DNA of 63,099 nucleotides, filler included, from Bonamia ostreae (Eukaryota): NCBI GenBank assembly GCA_040357525.1. It is 32 parts of 32 records of this genome, joined end to end, with 100 filler letters (N's around TTAATTAATTAA, not from the genome) between each part and the next. Parts side by side here need not be neighbours in the genome. Positions count along the whole stretch, not along the records: positions 1 to 1,894 come from JBDODL010001226.1; positions 1,995 to 3,888 come from JBDODL010001227.1; positions 3,989 to 5,880 come from JBDODL010001228.1; positions 5,981 to 7,872 come from JBDODL010001229.1; positions 7,973 to 9,861 come from JBDODL010001230.1; positions 9,962 to 11,849 come from JBDODL010001231.1; 26 more parts are not named here. One strand, 5' to 3'. Shown piece by piece: positions 1 to 10,097 of this stretch (position 1 is its first letter; each line of letters starts with the position of its first letter). The notes under the pieces were generated by a model. It saw only the letters and a program-made list of their open reading frames with translations, ran no database searches and was not told where the DNA came from. The position numbers and the translations under genes were made by a program.

Positions 1-21
1 TAACCCAAATTTGAACAAAAG

Positions 22-1660
22 AGGACTCGGCGTCAACCTGCACACCGCCGACACTGTAATAATTTACGACAGCGACTGGGTTTCACTCCCCAAAATTTAA
101 ACAAAGAACCCGCAAGCTGACTTGCAAGCGCAAGACAGAGCCCACCGCATCGGGCAAACGAAGACAGTGCGCGTCTTTGGACTCATCACCGAAGGCTCCA
201 TCGAGGAGCGTATCGCGCAGCGCGCCGAGAAGAAACTCTACCTCGACGCGGTGGTCGCGTCGAAGACCGGCGCGCGGAGGAAGAGCCGCAGGCCGCCCAC
301 TGAGAAGGACAAGGGCAAGCGCGAGCTCCTCGCGATGCTCACCTTCGGCGCGGAGCGCGTCTTCTCGACCGAAGGACGTAGCGTGAGCGACGAAGACGTC
401 GACTTGTTGCTGGGCATCCGCAAGAAGGACGCGCGCTCGCGATCTCGACTCGAGCCGAGCGCAGCCAACGCCGCAGAGTACGACGTGCGCGCGGGACCGC
501 TCGCGATCACGCAGTTCCGCGGCGAGAAAGTGGCTTCGCTGCGTTGTGCCGGGCAGAACCCGGTCGAGCGCATCGCGGTCGAATGGGCCGAGTTCAACAA
601 CCGTCTGCCTCCGCTCGACGCCGCGACGGCGGAGGACGGACGCGAACTCGAGTTCGTCGACGTGAAGTACAAGCGCTTCTACGGCCACGAGGCGACGTGC
701 CACGCCTGCAAGCAAGAAGGACTTCTCCTGCTCTGCGAGTGGTGCCCGCGCAGCTACCACCACGAGTGCCTCGGGTACGACGCGGTGCCCGAGGGCTCCT
801 TCAAGTGCCCGCAGCACAAGTGCGACGCCTGCTTCCGGTCGGCGCACGAGGCGGGTGGAATGCTGTTCCGATGCGTCAACTGCCCGCATTGCAGCTGCGA
901 GGACCACCTCAGCTTCGACATCGCGCCGGTCGACCGCTGCGAGGAGCTGGAGGCGTTCGGATACAAGCGCTCGTCCTCCGCCTTCTATGTGCTCTGCAGC
1001 AAACGCTGCGAGAAGGCGGCGACCGAGCGGAGGAAGCGGCGCGCGACCGAGGAGGAGAGCGCCTCCTCCGCAAAGGTTTCCTTCGCGTTAAAAAAGAAAT
1101 GGGAGTTTCTGCCGCAGTCGGTCAAAAACAGGATTCGAACGGCTTTGGAGAGCGACGAGGTTTGCTCCCTTTCCGAATTGCCGGGCTTTGTTACCAAACT
1201 GAAAGGTTTTGTCCCAAATTCCAGACATCGACCCGCAGTCGCCGCTGCTCCAGAGACTGCACGAAGTTCTTTACGACTGCGCTCCTTCGCAGATCTTCTA
1301 TCGCATCAACGGATGGCGTGGCGTTTCGGCGCGAAACGGCAAAAACGAGGGCAAAGACAGTGAAGATTTTGCCGGCGACAGCAAAACTGGAAAGAGAAGG
1401 ATCGGCGAAGAAGAGAAGGAAAAGGCCGCAGAGCTTTATAACAGAGCGACCGCGGAGTTTTCGTCGTGGAGACAACCGGTTTTGTTGCGTTTCTGCAAAA
1501 TGTTGGGAATTTGGACAAAGTCGGAGCCGAAGCGAATCTGCGGAGGCGCTTCTTCGGGGCGGGTGACGAACCCGAAGGACCGGTCGGTGAGCGCAGTGGA
1601 CAGCGAAGACGGGTTGGTGTGCCATCTGAGCATTTTCTTGGTCCGTCCGGCTGTGCACCG
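22..1660 (+). CDS. SNF2/ISWI-CHD-family chromatin remodeller, C-terminal part (helicase-C, PHD-type fingers, DEK-like region); partial
   Basis: [36 protein letters not shown] is restored by a 27-nt intron at 80-106; Cys/His fingers CHAC..CEWC..YHHEC..KCPQH; a 19-nt intron at 1206-1224 joins the 122 and 1209 ORFs. Confidence 0.88.
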
Positions 1661-1699
1661 TTTGTATGCGCGGCATAAATTTTTGGTTTTTATTTTAGT

Positions 1700-1894
1700 A
1701 ATTGCAATTTTTACAAATTTTGTTTTAATAATTGCAATTTTTTACAAATTTTGTTTTAATAATTGCAATTTTTGTACAATTTTGTTTTAATAATTGCAAT
1801 TTTTTACAAATTTTGTTTTAATAATTGCAATTTTTGTACAATTTTGTTTTAATAATTGCAATTTTTTACAAATTTTGTTTTAATAATTGCAATT
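1700..1894. repeat. ~31-bp tandem repeat (AATTGCAATTTTTTACAAATTTTGTTTTAAT), about 6 copies, running to the contig end
   Basis: Periodicity directly visible. Confidence 0.92.
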
Positions 1895-1994
1895 NNNNNN
1901 NNNNNNNNNNNNNNNNNNNNNNNNNNNNNNNNNNNNNNTTAATTAATTAANNNNNNNNNNNNNNNNNNNNNNNNNNNNNNNNNNNNNNNNNNNN
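1895..1994. other. Artificial contig-joining spacer N44-TTAATTAATTAA-N44 (first of 31; stops in all six frames)
   Basis: The same 100-nt spacer recurs about every 1.97 kb, and contig lengths fall from 1894 to 1860 nt. Confidence 0.98.
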
Positions 1995-2357
1995 ACGGAA
2001 AACATTTCAATTACTCGCGAGTCGGAATTTCGGTCAGAGGCGGCGGCAGTTACTATAGAAAGGTTTTACTCAAAAAATCGACAGATGGACGTCGACAAAT
2101 TTGACGAGTCCAGGCCATATCTACTTTCTATAGAAAACCCTTTGGACACTTGTTCTCCTTTTCACTTTTAGCTTTAGACATCGGAAAAAATTCCTTCGCG
2201 ATTATGCGAGTTCGGAAAGCTTTTGAGTACGCTTACAATCAGCTTTTAATGGCAAATGTTGTTTTTTGGTGATTTAAAGGACGAAGAAAAAAAGTTGTCG
2301 TTGCTAAGTCGCATCGTCGGGATCAGAGACCCGAAACTTGTTTTTAAGTTGAAATAA
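1995..2357 (+). CDS. TRF4: Trf4/5-like non-canonical poly(A) polymerase, C-terminal PAP-associated region (5' partial; not in ORF track)
   Basis: FNYSRVGISVRGGGSYYRK|..LLSIENPLDT|SLDIGKNSFAIMRVRKAFEYAY..SLLSRIVG; introns at 2063-2084, 2152-2171 and ~2258-2279. Confidence 0.8.
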
Positions 2358-2699
2358 AAGTTGAATCGAAAAATCAGAAAATAGCGACAAAAAGTAAATT
2401 TTTATCTCCATTTTTGATCATTATTTGAATTTTGCGTAAATCTGATTTGCCACGGTGACCATTTTTACACAAAAATAAACGATTTTTTGAACAAAAATAA
2501 TTTGAAAATAATTTTATCGAAAATAATTTACAGACTATTTTTATGAAAATAATTTGTTTTATCGAAAAACCATTTTGTTCAATATTAACGTAAACGAATG
2601 GTCGCGAAAATAAACGACAGAATAAATTATTGCGTATTGTTTAACGGTTTGGCCAATAAACGGAATATAGATATTTGATATAACCCCATTAATATTAAT

Positions 2700-3590
2700 A
2701 TGGCAGATAAGTTTTCAGAGTTGTTTTTGGACAAGACAAAACAAGTAGAGGAACAGGTTTTTCAGTAATTTTTAAGCTCGTGGGAGGAAAGAATGTTACT
2801 GCGTGTAGCGTTTCGGTTTTACGCCGCGTCTCCAAATTGGAGGCGGAAAGTGGCGCGATGCTGCGCAAACTATTCAACGAAGAATTGATTCAGTTCAAGA
2901 AAAGCGAGGGAAAGGATTCAATGCCCACTCGGAAGCTCTATCTCGAGTTTCTGAAAATGCTGCGGTCGATGTCAGCGCTTAAAAAGGGCTTTGCAGCCAA
3001 ATTGCAGAATGATTTGGTTCCGAAATTTAGCACAGTTTTGCTCTATAATTTTAGTTTAACGACGAGTACGAACGAGAATGTAAAAGAATTATAAAGGATT
3101 TTAAGGGCAGCAGGAAAAATCTGGGCGGTTTTTTTGTAATTGATTTTATAAAATTAGCAAATCTAATCATTTTTTGTCTAATGGAAAAACAATTTGTAAT
3201 TTTTCATGTTTTGAAAATTTTGCTTTTTATGTTTTGAAATAGTTTTTAGAAATTGCTTTTCATGTTTTGGAAAATTTGGTTTTCGAATTTAGTCGTTTCA
3301 AAAATTATTGAGTTCACAACTAATCGATGACCGTATTGTCATCGAAACAAAATTTTTAATTTGCGAAAACGCAAATTGCGAAAACGCAAAAATTGATTTA
3401 AAAATGGCAAAAAGTGATTAGAAAGACAATGCGATCCAAAAATCCCAACAAAATCAAAGCGGTGGAAGAAAAAACAATCGAATTTTTAGAAAAAGCGCAG
3501 GAATTAGAAGAGGACAGAATCGAAACGTTTAAAACTTGCTTTGAGCAATATATTAAATACAACAAAAGTGTTATTGAACAGCAAAAAGTT
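2700..3590 (+). CDS. F-BAR-like coiled-coil protein (multi-exon, 3' partial)
   Basis: ATG at 2700; 20-nt intron 2757-2776; helical sequence with QELEEDRIETFK, resembling F-BAR ends. Confidence 0.5.
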
Positions 3591-4036
3591 CATTTCGTCA
3601 TTTTTAGATTTTAAGCATGAAAGTAGATCAAATAAGTTCATCTATAACCAAAAGCAACGGTATCAAATATTTTTGCGACAAAAAGTTTTTGAAAGTCATT
3701 TTTAGTTGATCTAGCTTTTTACAACAAAAATTTTTGAAATAACAAATTTGAAATTTTATCATTTTAGAAGCCAAAATCGATTTTTTGGAATTTGGCAAAT
3801 TTTTATTATGTTTTCGATCTCCAAAATCGATTTTTTTTGCAATTTGGCAAATTTTTATTATGTTTTCGATCTCCAAAATCGATTTTTTNNNNNNNNNNNN
3901 NNNNNNNNNNNNNNNNNNNNNNNNNNNNNNNNTTAATTAATTAANNNNNNNNNNNNNNNNNNNNNNNNNNNNNNNNNNNNNNNNNNNNGCCATTAATTCG
4001 AAAAGAGCTGAAATTGAAAAATTTTGATATTTAAGC

Positions 4037-4719
4037 CTTTTTCACGGAATCCACATTGCTTTAGAAACACAGTCGTCTTTTCAATGATAAAATCATATCT
4101 TTCTTTGCTCCAATTTACTGTTTCATCGTCCATTTTATTAACGGCTATAACCAATTTCCCAATTCCCAATGTTTTCGCCAACAAAGCATGCTAAATTTTA
4201 ATAGAAATTTGCAATTTTTCTTTTTAAATTCGTTTTAAAAAAATTTTGATTTTTCAATTTTCTCATTTAAAACTTCTCTTGTTTGGCCACCTCTCTGAAA
4301 TCCCGCTTCATATTCGCCTTTTCTGGCAGAAATCACCAAAATGCCAATATCAGCTTGTGCTGCTCCACTTATCATCGCCGGAACATAATTTTTGTGCCCC
4401 GGCGCATCCAAAATCGAATAACGTCTTTTTTGGGTTTCAAAATCCGCCATTCCGACTTCGACCGTTTTGCCTTTGTTCCTTTCGTCTTCGCTTGTGTCCA
4501 TTATATAAGCGATCCACCAACTCTCGCGATTTTTTTCTTTCGCCATTTCTTTGTATTTGCAGATCGTCCTTTCGTCTGTTTTTCCCGTTAGTAATCTTTT
4601 TCATTGAATTTGGAAAACAAGATATGTCCGCAAGTGGTTGATTTCCCGGCGTCGACGTGTCCAATGAAGACGATATTGAAGTGTTCTCTGTTATCGTGGA
4701 AATTGTATTCCGTTGTCAT
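4037..4719 (-). CDS. eRF3: Eukaryotic peptide chain release factor 3 (G domain; 3' partial)
   Basis: [54 protein letters not shown]; introns at 4596-4618 and 4191-4273. Confidence 0.92.
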
Positions 4720-4987
4720 TTAAAATGACTAAATTTATAAAATGAAGATATGCGCTGAATCGTTAACGAAACTTCTCGATGAGCACTTTTTTTGCTCAAA
4801 TTGAAATGAATTTCGGCTACGCATCAAATTTCTGAACCTCTAAATAATTGAAAGGTTTTTAAGATCGAAATAAAAAAATTGTTTAACGGCGCAAATAATC
4901 AAATCGAAAAATTTGGTTCAAAAATTTGGTCCAAAAATTTTTTTTGATAAATTTTGACTTTATCGTTTTTCAACCTTTTGATTTAAA

Positions 4988-5120
4988 GGCGATGGCTCAG
5001 TGGTTCGAACGATGTGTACATATTCTTGTGTGTATGGGTTCGAATCTCGGGGATACCGTTTCCAAGCTGATCAAGACGGGAGGCGCAGGTTGCGCAAATT
5101 TGACTGGGGTTGTCATATAA
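4988..5120 (+). mobile_element. tRNA-derived SINE-like / Pol III element head
   Basis: A box TGGCTCAGTGG and B box GGTTCGAATC at tRNA spacing but no acceptor stem; GC-richer island in an AT-rich intergenic region. Confidence 0.5.
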
Positions 5121-5330
5121 ACTTCGGATCGTGAATGTCTGAATAGAAGATGGACACAAAAAATTAAGAAATTTAAAGAGAACGAAATAAAATTTTTAGC
5201 TCAAAAAAGGTGAGGAAATATAAAAAAACGACAAAAATTAATAGAAAAAATATGAAATATTTCCAATTTTGAGATTTAATAAAGATATTTACTTAAAAAT
5301 AGAATAAATGGACAAATGATTAGAAATGTT

Positions 5331-5655
5331 TTAGAGCATTGTTTGTTTGTAAATTTTGGTGTTTAGTATCTTCTTGCCACACATGGAACAAATCCCATTT
5401 TTGTAGGCGCAGGAAGCACAATAATATTTTTCTGGGGGGACAGAGTGCTTGCAAATGCGACAATATTTCTTTTTTGAATTTTGCTTTCTTAATTTTATGT
5501 AAAAACTCCTTTGATCTTTTCAACATATTCAGTTTAACGGTTTGGCCCGGTTTCTTTCCGCGATGAGAGACTTTTTCTGAATTTCTACTTCCTTCTTTCC
5601 AAGTGTCTGGGACAACTATCGTTGACAATTTTTTCTGGCATTTCGTGCAGACCAT
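5331..5655 (-). CDS. CRIPT: Cysteine-rich PDZ-binding protein CRIPT
   Basis: MVCTKCQKKL..PDTWKEGSRN; a 19-nt intron at 5488-5506 restores CRICKH..YCASCAYKNGICSMCGKKIL. Confidence 0.9.
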
Positions 5656-6018
5656 TCCAAAATTTTCGAATATTTTTATAACGGAAAAGACTAAAGCAAA
5701 TTTCTATTAATTTTTGGTCGTAGAAAGTCTTTTTTATTTAAAATCTTCAAATCGCCACTGAATATTAATTTAAATTCTGGAAAATAAAAAGCAAAAATAA
5801 AAAATTTTTAATGGCGGAAATAACTAAAAATAAAAATTATAATCAAAATATTCTAAAGGAATCAGAACATAAACCGTTTTNNNNNNNNNNNNNNNNNNNN
5901 NNNNNNNNNNNNNNNNNNNNNNNNTTAATTAATTAANNNNNNNNNNNNNNNNNNNNNNNNNNNNNNNNNNNNNNNNNNNNTATTAATTTGATCAGTTCAA
6001 AAAACAAAAATTTAAAAC

Positions 6019-7257
6019 TTTGTACATCACCAAATCAAGCGAATCCAATCCAATTCTCATCGACCGAATTATGACCTTGTTTGCCGGAAGATTGACCCCG
6101 ACCGCGAGAGTCGAAGTGGCCACTAAAACGCTCAACGTTCCGTCACGGAAACCCGTCTCGATGACATCTCTTTCTTCAACCGTTAAACCGGAATGATGAA
6201 ACGCGATTCCGTTCGGAACGCTCAAATTCAAAACTTCGTCCAAGCCAAATTGCGTTTTCGACAATTTTTCCAAAATTTCCGCTCTTCTCAAACCATTTTT
6301 TAAATCATTTCTTGGTCTTTCCTTGGCGATCATAGAGAGCCATTTCGCAGTGTTTTCACAGATTTTCTTTGAACTTCCAAAAACGAGAACCGATTTGTTC
6401 TCTTTTAAAGATTCGTCGCACAATTTTGACAAAATTCGGATTTCGTTATTTTTCGGCTTTTCTTGTTCGTCGAAATCGATTTTGCCGATTTTTTCCAACT
6501 TCGAGTTAAAAACGGTGTTTTCGCAGCAAAAAAGTTCTTTCAGTGGAATCGGCCTGAAATTTGTCACGAAGAGCGAAGCGTCCAGCCATTTTGAAATGTC
6601 TTCCAAATTTGGCAATGTAGCACTCAATCCGATCACCTTTTCGGCAAAAAAGTCAAAATTTCAAAACTTGAACGTCGATTTTACGCCGCCAATACATTAT
6701 TTTCGACAACATCAGTTCGAGCAGAAAACCTCTGTTGGCGTCTCCGAGCATATGCAGCTCGTCCAAAACGACGCAACAAATGTTTGACATGGCCTTTTCC
6801 TTCAAAAATCGGTTAACCAACACATTCGCCTTTTCGATTGTGCAGATCACGATTTTTGTGTCGGCGCTCAAGCTTCTAAGACCTTTGTTCGAATACAGCC
6901 CGACGACGTCGATGCCGCTACCTTTTAATAGTTTTTGGAAATAGCGCAGTTTCTCAACGACGATGCTGACGAAAGGGAGGATGAACAAGGCGATTTTGCG
7001 GGTCGCGGAGAGCACTCTTTTTAGAATCGCTATTTCCGCTACTAAAGTTTTTCCGCCGCTTGTTGGAGCACTGTAGACGAGATTTTTGCCGGTGAGCACC
7101 TAAAGTTGGTTGTTGCAACATCGCTTTCTGCTAAGCACTCGAATTGCCAGTCGTAAAAATTTCTGATTCCTTTTTGTTTGTACGCGTCGATGAGAGTTAA
7201 CGGAAAGTTGTTTTTGGACAGAAATTTGTCGACCCTTAAATCGTCTCGGCTTTTCAT
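6019..7257 (-). CDS. POLQ: DNA polymerase theta / HELQ-family helicase, N-terminal helicase domain (3' partial)
   Basis: WQFECL|GKNLVYSAPTSGGKTLVAE, DELHMLGD, GLSATLPNL, FHHSGLT, ATSTLAVGVNLPA; motifs are closer to POLQ than HELQ as recalled. Confidence 0.82.
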
Positions 7258-7318
7258 GAGCTGGTCTTGATTTGATAATATATAGACTGCTTATAATATA
7301 GATTTAGCCAAACGATAA

Positions 7319-7872
7319 ATGTTGTTCGAGAAAAAGGAAGTCGAAGACATCAAACTGGACATTGACTCGTTCGTAAATATTCTCGTAAAACATCGAGCGC
7401 TTCTGCACGAACGTTCCATCTTTAAATTTATTTGATTTTACAAAAATTGATTTTTACACAAATTTTTCTACTTTGCACAAAAAATTTGCAAATCGACAAA
7501 AAGACGCGAGACAACAATTGTGCATGGACTATCAAAAAGGATCTTGTCCAAACGGCCCTTTGTGCAATCTGAGGCACGCGCGATGGAAGAGAGACACGCT
7601 ATGCAAACATTGGCTAAGAGGGCTCTGCAAAAAAACTGAATTCGATTGCGAGTTTTTGCACGAATACGATTTGAACAAAATGGCGCCGTGTCAGTTTTTC
7701 GAAATGTACGGCGAGTGCCACAACCCCGATTGTCTCTTTCTGCATCAGGAGAACTTCAAAGAGTGCACGTGGTTCGTGAGAGGTCTGTGCAAACACGGCC
7801 CACTTTGTAGGCGAAAGCATGTCAAAAGAAGGCACTGTCCGGATTATTTGGCTGGTTTCTGTCCAAAAGGAC
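7319..7872 (+). CDS. CPSF4: Cleavage and polyadenylation factor CPSF30/Yth1 (CCCH fingers; 3' partial)
   Basis: CKHWLRGLCKK..CEFLHEYDL..CPDYLAGFCPKG; ATG at 7319, intron 7413-7503. Confidence 0.92.
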
Positions 7873-8085
7873 NNNNNNNNNNNNNNNNNNNNNNNNNNNN
7901 NNNNNNNNNNNNNNNNTTAATTAATTAANNNNNNNNNNNNNNNNNNNNNNNNNNNNNNNNNNNNNNNNNNNNACGCTGTTTCAGAAATGACTCTTCGCGA
8001 ATAGCCAACATCGTGTGTATTTTTGAACCCATTAAAATACACATTCCGCCATTATAGTTGCAATAAAGATAAACCATATAATTAA

Positions 8086-8651
8086 TTGGAATTGAAGTTG
8101 ATATCTCTTATCGCTGCAATCGACAAGAAAAACGGGATAGGCAAGGCAGGGAAAATCCCTTGGACACTGCGGAAAGATTTGAAGTATTTCTACGACGTGA
8201 CAACGAGAACAGATTCGAACGGGAAAACGAACGCAGTCATAATGGGAAGAAAGACTTGGGAAAGCATTCCAAACAATGTGAAGCCACTTAAAAACAGGTT
8301 GAACATTGTTGTGTCAACGACATTGTCGAAAAAATCGAAAGGGGAAAATTTTACGGCTTCGCCTTCTTTCCAACACGCAATAAAAATGTGCCAGGATAAA
8401 GAAAAAATTGAGAAACTGTTCTTAATCGGCGGATCCGGCATCTACGAAACTGCATTAAGACACGATTTGTGCGATAAAGTTGTTATCGCTAAACGTTAAA
8501 GCTTTATTTGACGGAAATTGACAAGGAATTTTCGTGTGATGTCTTTTTCCCGAAATGGGACAAGTCAAAATACAAGATTGAAAGCAAATCCGATTTCCAG
8601 CAAGAAAACGGTCTCAATTTTACATATGTTGTTTACAATAAATGCAAATAA
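8086..8651 (+). CDS. DHFR: Monofunctional dihydrofolate reductase (apparent TTG start)
   Basis: LIAA..NGIG..IPW..DLKYF, NAVIMGRKTWES, PLKNRLNIV, IGGSGIY; a 23-nt intron at 8479-8501 restores LYLTEID..CDVFFP; TAA at 8649-8651. Confidence 0.93.
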
Positions 8652-8670
8652 ATATTTATGAAGTAAGAGT

Positions 8671-9814
8671 TTATTGTTCAACCAAACTGTAAAATATTGT
8701 TTGGACCAGCTTAGAACTTATTTCTTCGTATTCATACTTAACGGTTTTAACATCATTATCGCTTACCTTTATCCAAGATTCGTCCGTCTTAAAAAATGTA
8801 AAATAATGCCCACTTTCACCACGTGACTCTGTGCAATAGTTAATGTAAGATTTAAGCTTATATTGTATCGGTTCTATTGGCACAGAATGCGTACTTAAAT
8901 CCAGCATCAGTGGGAATTCCAGTTTCCTTTCGTTAGAAAAATCCTTTCCCACTCTTATCATTAAGATTTTTGGCTTTTCGCTAATGATATAGCGACCGCA
9001 ACTGCATTCGCTAGCCAAAGCATGATTAATGCCATCTTGCAATAAATATTCTGGCAATAAAGGTTTTGGCAATAAATTTTCATCTTCTTCGAGAGAATTT
9101 TCATCTTCTTCGAGAGAATTTTCATCGGCGATTAATGGATATCCTGGCATAATTATCGTCAGACCTTGAAAATCTTTACTTGTGGCTCCGCATTCACAAT
9201 TTGTCGAAAGCATAAAAAGTTTTCTATAACTGTCTCTATTTTTTGTTGTTGAATTATTTAAATTTGTTATCGTGTTGTTGAATTAAATTTAATTTTCATA
9301 TTTTTAAAACTTTTCGCATGTAGATAATGTTGTGAGAATCTTATTTATGAAATCATTACAATCTTCTTGTTGGTCTTCTTTAAAATTGTAAGCTCTACGA
9401 ATTTCATCTATCAAATCTTCTGTTTCGCTGCAAGAGAATTATGAATAAAAACAAGTCAATTGTATCTTCAGAAATTTCTGTTTCACTCCAAAAGTTAGAT
9501 AAAAAGTTAGCGAGTTTTCCCAGAACGTTATCTTCTTGGCTGCCGAGTTTTTGTAATTCGACATAAAAAGGGTATATTGGGCCTAAAGCTTGTATCACAC
9601 TGTTTATATAACAGCTACATTTAATATTTCGTAAGCCATTCACTCTGTATATTTTCTCATCTATATGCTTAACTGTTATCGGAGCATGATATGTAATAAA
9701 GGAAATACCACGTTCTAATTTTCTACTTTGGTTTCTTAAGACACAGCAGGCGCAAATAACTAAAAGTATTAAAACCCCAAGGAACCCAGATAAAAAATAA
9801 AGAGCAGTCTGCAT
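8671..9814 (-). CDS. Ubiquitin-specific protease (USP/C19) with an N-terminal transmembrane segment
   Basis: Cys box GLRNIKCSCYINSVIQAL, QQEDCNDF, His box SGHY..WIKVSD; two GTTTT introns join the ORFs. Confidence 0.8.
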
Positions 9815-10097
9815 TTGCGAATACTAATATGAGTATTTATAGAATCAACAATATAATAAATNNNNNNNNNNNNNNNNNNNNNNNNNNNNNNNNNNNNNNN
9901 NNNNNTTAATTAATTAANNNNNNNNNNNNNNNNNNNNNNNNNNNNNNNNNNNNNNNNNNNNAAATTTATCGAAAAAAATATCGTAAAAATTTCAGAAAAT
10001 TATAAAAAAAATTTATCGACAAAAATATAAAAAAATTTATCGAAAAAAAATTATCGAAAAAAATTATCGAAAAATATCAAAAACAAAAATATCAAAC

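Noticed and set aside
83-1676. Long overlapping or antisense ORFs (83-907, 544-1566; likewise 26553-27659 and 53734-54384)
   Set aside because: These are shadow ORFs of GC-rich coding sequence with no recognisable motifs.
1939-1950. Regularly spaced TTAATTAATTAA palindrome as a biological or CRISPR-like repeat
   Set aside because: It is always embedded in N44 runs between size-sorted contigs, so it is an assembly linker.
4741-4840. Possible U4 snRNA or C/D snoRNA upstream of eRF3 (TGCGCT, GATGAG, TTGCT..TTGAAA, AATTTCTGA)
   Set aside because: Only scattered word matches; no convincing k-turn, U6-pairing stems or rRNA guide by eye. An Infernal search would settle it.
4988-5060. Functional tRNA or U1 snRNA
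   Set aside because: Acceptor and anticodon stems do not pair, and the U1-like words (GATCAAGA, AATTTG) have the wrong spacing and no U1 5' end.
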